DNA of 64,000 nucleotides from Escherichia coli. GTDB lineage: Bacteria > Pseudomonadota > Gammaproteobacteria > Enterobacterales > Enterobacteriaceae. The stretch is from the NCBI RefSeq assembly GCF_050320075.1, contig NZ_CP190018.1, one strand, 5' to 3'. A program made the position numbers and the translations under genes. Under the pieces are notes generated by a model. The model was not told the origin of the DNA, ran no database searches, and was given only the letters and a program-made list of their open reading frames with translations. Shown here piece after piece: positions 56,350-64,000 of the stretch (its first letter is position 1; each line of letters opens with the position of its first letter).

Positions 56350-59076
56350 TTAGTTGATTAGGTGTGACTCAGTTGCAGAGTGACCTTTTTTTGTCCTAAC
56401 AAACTTGATAGCAAGTGTTTTTCCTCTAATGTAATTAGACCAGTTATATTTTTCTTCACCAAGGCAACTGTCCCTATGAATTAATATTTCTTTTCCATCA
56501 GAATCTCTGGCAAAAACAAATCCTTTTCCTAATGTAAGATCTGAATATATTTCTGCTATAGAATATCCATTATTTTTCCATGTGATTTGTTCGAATTCGG
56601 CAATTGTTTTAGATGAGCTAAAAGCACTCCATTTGGGGGAGGTGAATGGGTTGTTTGGTATTTTTGTTGCTCTCATTGTTGAAATGATATTAACTACTTC
56701 TTTACTTGATATCTTAAAATCTTTAGAGAACTTTGTAATGTCGGCAAGATTGCTTTCAGCAAAATCAATTACTTTTATAATGAATTGTTGAGATAGTTTA
56801 TCAATGTTGTTTTTGATCGTGTCACAAAAAAGATTTAAAGATTTAATAGCTTCGTCAGAAAGTCGATCGCTGATGTTTTCTTTTTCAAATATAAATTCCA
56901 ATATGTCGATAACTTCAGATATGTTTTTTTCTACAGACTCAGGGTTAATGTCGAAGTTATTTTCACAAGAACGCTTTAATGCGGCGACTCTAAAGTAAGC
57001 TTGCTCTTGAGGTGAATGTGAATCTTTCCATTTTTCAGTGTATTCAAGAATGTCTGGGTATTCTTTACCATAAAGATGAACACCTAAATACTCTCGCATT
57101 ATTATAGAAGACAGTACTTCGCCTGAATGCTCAACTCTGTCGAATCCAGAATCAATCAATTCCTGAGATACTTTTTGAGCCTCTATAAAATCACCAATAT
57201 CTTTATAGATATACATCAGAGTTAAGTTGTTTAGTGGATTTTCAGACTCTATGCCTATTGCTGACTTTATACAAGAAATAGCACCTAAATTATCACCCTG
57301 CTTATGTAGTATTCTGGCATATGTTCGCATAAATAGAGGATTTTTTTGATATATTTGAGCGAGTGTTTTAAAATCCTCATAAATAACATTTAATTTATCT
57401 TTGTTAACGCTTTTGTAGCCTAAAATTTTATTTGCTCTGTTAACAGCTATTTGCAAGGAGTCAGGGCTATTATTAGGGATGAATCGATAATCAAACCGAT
57501 CTATTTCTTTATCTTGTTGGAATTTTTGTAAGTGCAATATTTCAGTTCGTTGTTTTCTTGCTTTTTCAGCAATAATGTTTCTGACGGTGTTATTTCTTGG
57601 TGATGTGATTAATAGTTCTTTGATTGATTCACTTAAAGAAAACTCTTCTTCTCCCGTATTAGATGTTTTCCGGGATACTAAAGATGTGTTCAATATTTCT
57701 TTAATCGCTTTTGCTATTGAGTCGGGATCTGAATCTAAGAAATGAGTTAAAAATGATCTTGATGATGCTCCGGTGACAAACAAGCATTCAAGAATAGATA
57801 TTGCATCGTTACTTAAAACATCTAATAGATTATTAAATGAAAATGCAGCGATATCTTTTTTGGATTTTTCTATTGAGTCAGGTAAAGCCATTCCATTATA
57901 AATGGAATCTATTGTAAGCCTTATTGCTAAGGGGTTAAAATGAGTCACTTCAGTAATTCTCGTGAGTTCTTCTGGGGTTAAGTTTATTATCCCTCGTTTA
58001 TCTGAATATGATTTGGCTAGATGGAAAGCCACACCAGATTGCAATTCCTTAAGTGAAATTGGGTAAGCTCCGTCAACCATTATTCGACTAGTGACTACCA
58101 CTTTAAAATTCGAAGGAAGAGTATACTGGAAACGAATGAACTCATCAGGACCATCTCTTAATAAAGTTTCGAGATTATCGATACATAGGAGAGTGCTTTC
58201 TATATCTTGGTCGTTTATAATTTCTGAATATAGATCATCATAGTTTTCTATCTCTTCATCAGGATTAAAAAACTCCACTATTTCTTTTTTTATTTCAGAA
58301 ATGGTGTCAATGTTTTTTAACTCAGAAATACCATCAGCAGTGAGATGATGTTTCTTTAATGTTAAATAGCAAATGTTTTTGAATTTCTCATTGGCTTTTG
58401 GTGAGATGCTCAATTCTTTTAAGAAATCTAAAATTAAAGCGGTTTTTCCTACGCCTCCAGGAGCTACAACCGCAATGAATGGAGTTCGATCGTTATTTAT
58501 TGCTGATAATAACTCTTTCTTTTCACCTTTACGGCCTATAAGGCTGGTAATGTCGTGATCAAATTTATCAGGCAGGTTGTTATTAATTTCCCAGCTAATA
58601 GTAGAAAACCATTCTTCTGGAGGTGCTTTTAATTGACCAGTAGATGCGGAATAATAAGCATCCTTCACACTTTTTAAACCAAGTACTTCTATATATGGAT
58701 GTGAGGCTATAGCTGCAGCGCAATGCCAGTAATGCTCATGGAATGGTCGGGTTGGATGACTAATTTGATTTCTTATAAAAAATAAATCAACAGCTGTACA
58801 GAACTCTTTCAGTTCTGACAGTTTATCATAGTCAGATGTACCCTTAGCTAATTGCAGGGCATAATTGAAAATTTCACCGATATAACTTGCTTGGATAAGA
58901 GTTTGCGTATTGAAAACGGGACCTCTCCCACGCTCCAGTTCTAGTTTAGAACGAGGTTCGAAATGTTCGCTTAACCTACTTTTACCTCCTGCATCCTCAC
59001 TAACAACATACGCCGCCAATGCTTTTTCTAAGGCATAAACTATCATACTAGTTTTCGTATCAAGATATTCAGACAT
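56350..59076 (-). CDS. STAND (NB-ARC-type) NTPase with N-terminal effector-like domain, helical repeat region and C-terminal beta domain; candidate antiphage defence protein
   Basis: 908-aa AT-rich ORF with SD AAGGA; LIGRKGEKKEL..IAVVAPGGVGKTALIL (Walker A), LLCIDNLE (Walker B), KVVVTSR (RNBS-B-like), HFNPLAIRL (GLPL-like); N-terminal IRNQISH (Rx4H); C-terminal GKGFVFARDSDGKEILIH. Confidence 0.8.
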   Translation of the reverse strand: MSEYLDTKTSMIVYALEKALAAYVVSEDAGGKSRLSEHFEPRSKLELERGRGPVFNTQTLIQASYIGEIFNYALQLAKGTSDYDKLSELKEFCTAVDLFFIRNQISHPTRPFHEHYWHCAAAIASHPYIEVLGLKSVKDAYYSASTGQLKAPPEEWFSTISWEINNNLPDKFDHDITSLIGRKGEKKELLSAINNDRTPFIAVVAPGGVGKTALILDFLKELSISPKANEKFKNICYLTLKKHHLTADGISELKNIDTISEIKKEIVEFFNPDEEIENYDDLYSEIINDQDIESTLLCIDNLETLLRDGPDEFIRFQYTLPSNFKVVVTSRIMVDGAYPISLKELQSGVAFHLAKSYSDKRGIINLTPEELTRITEVTHFNPLAIRLTIDSIYNGMALPDSIEKSKKDIAAFSFNNLLDVLSNDAISILECLFVTGASSRSFLTHFLDSDPDSIAKAIKEILNTSLVSRKTSNTGEEEFSLSESIKELLITSPRNNTVRNIIAEKARKQRTEILHLQKFQQDKEIDRFDYRFIPNNSPDSLQIAVNRANKILGYKSVNKDKLNVIYEDFKTLAQIYQKNPLFMRTYARILHKQGDNLGAISCIKSAIGIESENPLNNLTLMYIYKDIGDFIEAQKVSQELIDSGFDRVEHSGEVLSSIIMREYLGVHLYGKEYPDILEYTEKWKDSHSPQEQAYFRVAALKRSCENNFDINPESVEKNISEVIDILEFIFEKENISDRLSDEAIKSLNLFCDTIKNNIDKLSQQFIIKVIDFAESNLADITKFSKDFKISSKEVVNIISTMRATKIPNNPFTSPKWSAFSSSKTIAEFEQITWKNNGYSIAEIYSDLTLGKGFVFARDSDGKEILIHRDSCLGEEKYNWSNYIRGKTLAIKFVRTKKGHSATESHLIN

Positions 59077-59094
59077 ATATGATCCTTGTTCAAA

Positions 59095-60282
59095 TTAAAG
59101 AGTGGTTTGCAATCCCCACCAATTCATTAACTCTATACGTTGTTCTAAATAGGTACTTCTATTGTAAGCTTTTCGAACCTCATTCCTCTCGGAATGCGCC
59201 AATGCTGCTTCAATAACATCAGGATTAAATTCTGCTTCGTTCATTGCCGTACTGGCAATTGATCTTAGTCCATGGGCCACTAACTTACCGCCATAACCTA
59301 TTCTCTTCAAGGCAGCGTTTGCCGTCTGACTGTTCATCGGCTGTTTTGGATCGTTTCTGCTCGGGAAAATATGTTCACGGTGACCACTGATAGGCTTCAT
59401 TACTTCCAAAATACCTAAAGCCTGAGGTGACAAAGGGACAATGTGTTCACGTTTAGCCTTCATTCGTTCGGCGGGAATCGTCCAGAGTTTGGCCTCGAGA
59501 TCGATCTCGACCCACCGAGCACCAGAAGCCTCAGAAGGGCGCACTAGGGTCAGGAGCTGCCACTCGATAAGACAGCGAGTCGGAACAGACAGATTCGACA
59601 TTACCAGAGAACGCATCAGCTTAGGTAATTCTTCGGGTCGTAGCGTGGGCATATTCTGCTTTTTGGGTTTCTCAAATGCCATTCCAACACCTGATGCTGG
59701 ATTTGCATCAATTAGACCAGTGTTTACGGCATAAATCATTATCTCGTTAATGCGCTGTACCAGACGACGTACCGTCTCTAGCGCGCCACGTGCTTTGATT
59801 GGTTCGAGGGTTTCAACAAGTGTTCGGGCTTTGATTTGCTGAACAGGGAGCTCACCGATGGCAGGTAATACATCTTTTTCCAGGGAACGCCAAATGTCTT
59901 TCGCGTAATCAGGGGTAACGCTTTTGCTTTTTATCTGGAACCAGTTGGTCGCAACAGTCGAAAAAATACTGTCTAGAGCTATCTGTTGTTGTTCTTCGAT
60001 AAATTCAGCTTGAACTTGTGGGTCTATACCATTAGCCAACAAAGCAAGGTAATCCGCTCTTAACCGTCGAGCATCAGCAAGTGAAAGGGCGGGGAAAGCA
60101 CCAAGCCCCATCATTGTCCGCTGTTTTGTTGCTGGACGTTGATAACGGAAACGCCACAACTTCTTACCGTTCGTTTTAACGAGCAGAAAAAGGCCATCGC
60201 CATCATGTAACGTTAGATCCTTTTCTAACGCTTTAGCGCGCAGAACTTCGGTGTTGGTCAGGGGGCGTGTTGTTCTTGCCAC
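59095..60282 (-). CDS. P4-family tyrosine integrase
   Basis: 395-aa ORF, GTG start with AAGGAG SD; N-terminal arm-binding-like LTNTEVLRAKALEKDLTLHDGDGLFLLVKTNGKKLWRFRY; C-terminal HGLRS..R..Y catalytic region; adjacent to the ssrA 3' end. Confidence 0.9.
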   Translation of the reverse strand: MARTTRPLTNTEVLRAKALEKDLTLHDGDGLFLLVKTNGKKLWRFRYQRPATKQRTMMGLGAFPALSLADARRLRADYLALLANGIDPQVQAEFIEEQQQIALDSIFSTVATNWFQIKSKSVTPDYAKDIWRSLEKDVLPAIGELPVQQIKARTLVETLEPIKARGALETVRRLVQRINEIMIYAVNTGLIDANPASGVGMAFEKPKKQNMPTLRPEELPKLMRSLVMSNLSVPTRCLIEWQLLTLVRPSEASGARWVEIDLEAKLWTIPAERMKAKREHIVPLSPQALGILEVMKPISGHREHIFPSRNDPKQPMNSQTANAALKRIGYGGKLVAHGLRSIASTAMNEAEFNPDVIEAALAHSERNEVRKAYNRSTYLEQRIELMNWWGLQTTL

Positions 60283-60304
60283 TGTGGCCGCTCCTTCATG
60301 AATT

Positions 60305-60352
60305 GGTATACGTGTTTAGGTATACATCCTACCGTATACCTAAACGTATACC
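60305..60352. repeat. Four GGTATAC(G)/CGTATACC motifs in the int promoter region (putative integrase arm-type sites)
   Basis: GGTATACG 60305-60312, GGTATAC 60319-60325, CGTATACC 60333-60340 and 60345-60352; same motif as at 48840-48859. Confidence 0.5.
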
Positions 60353-60466
60353 AATAATCACTGGATTTAGCTGGATATCCTCGGACAATGGTAGACACAA
60401 AAAAGCCCGCAGAGCTTGTGCCATGCGGGCTTTCAGGATTTCTCCGGACGTATCCGGAAGAGCAAG

Positions 60467-60829
60467 TGGTGGAGCTGGCGGGAGTTGAACCCGCGTCCGA
60501 AATTCCTACGTCCTCGGTACTACATGCTTAGTCAGTCTTTACATTCGCTTGCCAGCTGCGGACGGACACGCCACTAACAAACTAGCCTGATTAAGTTTTA
60601 ACGCTTCAACCCCAGGCAGGGCTTCCACGCGATCTCTTTTGGGTTTGACCTCTCTTGATCCCCGTCCTAAGAGCGGAGGCTAGGGAGAGAGGGCTCTAAG
60701 CAGGTTATTAAGCTGCTAAAGCGTAGTTTTCGTCGTTTGCGACTATTTTTTGCGGCTTTTTACGAGGCCAACCGCCCCTCGGCATGCACCTTGGGTTTCG
60801 CAAATCCCGTCGAATCCAGAATCAGCCCC
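60467..60829 (-). ncRNA. ssrA: tmRNA (SsrA), 363 nt
   Basis: Minus strand reads GGGGCTGATTCTGGATTCGACGGGATTTGCGAAACCC..; tag ORF GCAAACGACGAAAACTACGCTTTAGCAGCTTAA (ANDENYALAA*); 3' end ..GCCAGCTCCACCA. Confidence 0.97.
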
Positions 60830-61043
60830 AATGTGTAACGGCAAGTATACCAGATTTATGAGCGCCATGACCAGCCTCAATGGCGTTATCGTTAAAGATT
60901 TAGCACCCATGTAGCCTGATTTTTATTCGATTAAGCAATGGGATGGCAACATTTGTGTCGGATGTGATAGCCAATAAGATGTTCATTCGCGCCGCCGGAG
61001 AGGGAGGCGCGGTGAGGAACTGGTCAATAATTGGAGTGCAGGT

Positions 61044-61526
61044 TTAACGGTGGGCGTTTTTCATGATACGCGCTTTATCCACCTGCCATTCGCGCTCTTT
61101 GATATCTGAACGTTTATCGTGCTGTTTCTTACCTTTGGCGACGCCGATTTTCACTTTGCACCAGGCATTTTTCCAGTACAGGGAGAGCGCCACTACGGTA
61201 TAGCCTTCTCGATTGACGCGACCGTACAATGAGTCCAGTTCGCGCTGGTTGAGAAGTAACTTGCGGGTACGGGTAGGATCGCACACCACATGCGTGGAGG
61301 CCACAGCCATTGGCGTGATGTTAGCGCCAAACAGAAATGCTTCTCCATCACGTAGAAGGACGTAGCTGTCGCTGATATTGGCTTTTCCTGCGCGCAGGGA
61401 TTTAACCTCCCAGCCTTGCAGGGCAAGTCCCGCTTCGAACTCTTCTTCGATAAAGTATTCGTGCCGGGCGCGCTTGTTAAGCGCGATGGTCGCTGAACCA
61501 GGTTTATGTGCTTTTTTCTTCGTCAT
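61044..61526 (-). CDS. smpB: SsrA-binding protein SmpB
   Basis: 160-aa [48 protein letters not shown].. Confidence 0.97.
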
Positions 61527-61657
61527 AAGCGTCGTGAATCATCGGTAATCTGAAATCGAAAACACCCCATATCAATCCTGCGGGGGACAAGGCTCTATCT
61601 TAGCATGAACCCGATGTTACCCAGCGCCGGGATAGCGTTTTTTTTACAGCAGGATAA

Positions 61658-62134
61658 ATGATATTATTTGTTGGATTTTTGTTGATGGAAATTGTTATGC
61701 CTCAGATTAGCCGGACCGCACTGGTACCCTACAGCGCGGAGCAAATGTATCAGTTAGTGAATGACGTTCAGTCTTATCCTCAGTTTTTGCCGGGTTGTAC
61801 CGGAAGTCGGATTCTGGAGTCCACTCCTGGGCAGATGACTGCGGCGGTAGATGTCTCTAAGGCCGGGATCAGCAAAACGTTTACTACCCGCAACCAGTTG
61901 ACCAATAACCAAAGTATTCTTATGAATCTGGTGGATGGGCCGTTCAAGAAATTGATCGGTGGCTGGAAGTTTACGCCGCTGAGCCAGGAGGCGTGTCGTA
62001 TCGAGTTTCATCTCGACTTTGAGTTTACCAATAAGTTGATTGAACTCGCCTTTGGTCGCGTGTTTAAAGAGCTGGCGGCTAATATGGTCCAGGCTTTTAC
62101 GGTTCGGGCGAAAGAGGTTTACAGTGCCAGGTAA
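61658..62134 (+). CDS. ratA: Ribosome association toxin RatA (SRPBCC family)
   Basis: 158-aa track ORF; alternative internal start at 61697 ([19 protein letters not shown]..). Confidence 0.85.
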
Positions 62135-62414
62135 AATTGCCGTTGAGGTGGCTTATGCGCTACCTGAGAAGCAGTACCTGCAGCGCGTGACGCTGCAGGA
62201 GGGCGCGACGGTTGAAGAAGCTATTCGCGCCAGTGGCTTGCTGGAATTGCGTACCGATATCGATTTAACTAAAAACAAAGTCGGCATTTACAGCCGTCCG
62301 GCAAAACTCAGCGATACCGTGCATGATGGCGATCGGGTGGAGATTTATCGTCCTCTCATTGCCGATCCGAAAGAGCTGCGCAGGCAACGAGCAGAAAAAT
62401 CAGCGAATAAATAA
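62124..62414 (+). CDS. ratB: RatB/YfjF (UPF0125) small protein
   Basis: GTG at 62124 overlapping the ratA end gives 96 aa ([27 protein letters not shown]..); track ORF 62040..62414 includes an implausible upstream extension. Confidence 0.75.
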
Positions 62415-62475
62415 CAGACAGAAAAAAGGTGCTCATTGAGCACCTTTTTTAACGTCTTTGAGGGCAACTTTATGA

Positions 62476-62817
62476 TTAGTTACCACTCAGCGCGGGTTTG
62501 TTATCAATGTTGGTCAACACTCCGCTACTGTTAAAGGTCAGCGTCAGCGTTTGCTGCGTTACACCTTCATGACCTGGTTGCTGGCGGAAGACATAGAACC
62601 AGGTATTCGTACCAAATGGATCGGACATCAGCGGTGTACCCAATGCGTACGCAACTTGTTGTTGCGTCATGCCAACACGTATTTTGGATACGTCGTTAGC
62701 GGTCAGATAGTTCCCCTGGTTGATGTCAGGACGGTAAACCACTCGCTCCAGAGTGGAACAGCCTGCGGTCAACATCAATAGTACTGCTGCTGCAGCAGTC
62801 AGCGTTTTACAGCGCAT
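62476..62817 (-). CDS. bamE: Outer membrane protein assembly factor BamE (SmpA lipoprotein)
   Basis: 113-aa ORF with lipobox LTAGC. Confidence 0.93.
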
Positions 62818-62965
62818 AGTGATTTGATTCCTTTTCGGGCCCGAGCAGTACGTGGCTCATCTGTAATATGCCGATGATAATAGACCTTTCATCACTTTAA
62901 AACCTTTTGCTTTCCGGTCTTACGGCGTTTTGCTGTTTACTCTGACCGTGAAGCAGGAAAAAAGT

Positions 62966-64000
62966 TTACGCCGCAAGCAGTTCTTTCGCATTCGCCAGTG
63001 TGTTACGTGTGACTTCACTGCCACCAAGCAGGCGCGCCAGCTCTTGTAACCGCGCTTTTTTATCCAGGGATTGCATATGCGTTTCTGTCATCGCACCATC
63101 GGTTTCTTTGCTGACAAAATAGTGTTGATGACCACATCCCGCGACTTGTGGCAGGTGGGTAACACACATCACCTGAGTTGATTCGCCGAGTTGACGCAGC
63201 AGTTTGCCAACAACTGCCGCTGTTGGGCCGCTAATCCCTACATCCACTTCATCAAAAATCAGTGCCGGGGTTTCCATTTTACGCGCCGTGATGACCTGAA
63301 TTGCCAATGCGATGCGGGACAATTCACCACCGGATGCAACTTTGGCAATAGGCTGCATTGGCTGACCTGGGTTGGTGGTTACCCGAAACTCAATACGATC
63401 GGCACCGTCAGCGCCCAGGTGATGCTCGTCAAATTTAACATCAATCGTAAACTGCCCATGTGGCATAGAGAGTGCATGCATACTGTCGGTGATCAGCTGT
63501 GCAAGTTCTTCTGCATAGTGCTGGCGTTGCTGGTGTAACGCGCGCGCCGTTTCCAGTGCCTGCTGATGATGTTTCGTTACCGCCAGCGCGAGCGTTTCTT
63601 GTGAGTCGGCCTGATCGTCCAGTTGCTGCTGTTCTTCCAGTAGCGACTGGTAATACTGTGGCAATGCCTCAGGGCTGACGTGATGTTTACGTGCCAGCGA
63701 AATCTGTTTTGAGATGCGCTGTTCAAGTTCAAACAGTCGGTTAGGATCGAGGTCCAGACGATCGCAGTAGTGGCGCAGTTCATCGCTGGCTTCAGCAATC
63801 TGGATGGTAGCTTCTTCCAGCATATCAAGTACGCCGGACAGTTTGCTGTCCATGCCAATCAATTCGCTCACCAGTTGTTTAGCCGTGTAAAGCTGACTTT
63901 GCAGGTTTGCGTCTTCACCGTCGGCCATTACTGCCAATGCATTCTGGCTGGTAGTCAGCAATTGACCGCTGTTCGCCAGACGTTTGTACTCTTCGTCGAT
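62966..64000 (-). CDS. recN: DNA repair protein RecN (C-terminal part; 5' end beyond window)
   Basis: Minus-strand ORF open to the window edge; SMC-like C-terminus with signature LSGGE and Walker B ALIFDEVD. Confidence 0.9.
   Translation of the reverse strand: MDEEYKRLANSGQLLTTSQNALAVMADGEDANLQSQLYTAKQLVSELIGMDSKLSGVLDMLEEATIQIAEASDELRHYCDRLDLDPNRLFELEQRISKQISLARKHHVSPEALPQYYQSLLEEQQQLDDQADSQETLALAVTKHHQQALETARALHQQRQHYAEELAQLITDSMHALSMPHGQFTIDVKFDEHHLGADGADRIEFRVTTNPGQPMQPIAKVASGGELSRIALAIQVITARKMETPALIFDEVDVGISGPTAAVVGKLLRQLGESTQVMCVTHLPQVAGCGHQHYFVSKETDGAMTETHMQSLDKKARLQELARLLGGSEVTRNTLANAKELLAA

Larger units (their letters stand above)
48764..60481. mobile_element. P4-like phage satellite integrated at the 3' end of ssrA
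   Basis: 15-bp direct repeat TGGTGGAGCTGGCGG at 48764-48778 and at the ssrA 3' end (60467-60481); contains P4-type integrase, alpha primase, sid-delta-psu, cos and iterons; ~11.7 kb. Confidence 0.9.

Noticed and set aside
48764-60481. Assumption from K-12 synteny that the ssrA island is prophage CP4-57
   Set aside because: Content differs: there is no long run of yfj/ypj-type genes of the kind I recall in CP4-57, the integrase is 395 aa, and the element is a compact P4-type satellite with a single 908-aa cargo gene.

Overview
The window is an Escherichia coli-type chromosomal segment with one clear mobile element and a strong candidate for an undescribed defence gene. All calls are made by eye from the sequence and the supplied ORF track; no database search was run, and names rest on my recall of E. 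coli K-12 and phage P4 proteins. Backbone (1-40.9 kb and 60.5-64 kb): synteny matches the K-12 region mltB'-pncC-recA-recX-alaS-csrA-serV-argVYZQ-yqaBA-gshA-micA-luxS-emrBA-mprA-ygaHZ-ygaY-proXWV-nrdFEIH-ygaM-ygaC-alaE-stpA-ygaPV-yqaE-kbp-csiR-gabPTD-lhgO-csiD-ygaQ-ileY, then ssrA-smpB-ratAB-bamE-recN', in inverted orientation. Accessory content: (1) an ~11.7 kb P4-like phage satellite (48764-60481) integrated at the 3' end of ssrA, bounded by a 15-bp direct repeat. It carries a P4-type integrase, a vis-orf199-orf95-orf151-orf106-alpha operon, sid-delta-psu, a cos site, two TGTTCACC iteron clusters and two TGT-N12-ACA boxes. (2) In the satellite's variable slot between cos/psu and int sits a single AT-rich 908-aa gene (56350-59076, minus strand) with a clear NB-ARC/STAND NTPase core, a possible N-terminal HEPN-like motif and a possible C-terminal cold-shock-like domain. 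This is the best candidate for a previously undescribed single-gene antiphage system. (3) A low-GC remnant next to ileY holds an intact GH13-like ygaQ, an ORF broken by an in-frame stop beside an A9 run, an invertase fragment and the ypjA autotransporter. (4) An AhpD-like/MocR-regulator pair lies between nrdH and ygaM, where I do not recall K-12 having genes. No CRISPR array or rRNA was seen.
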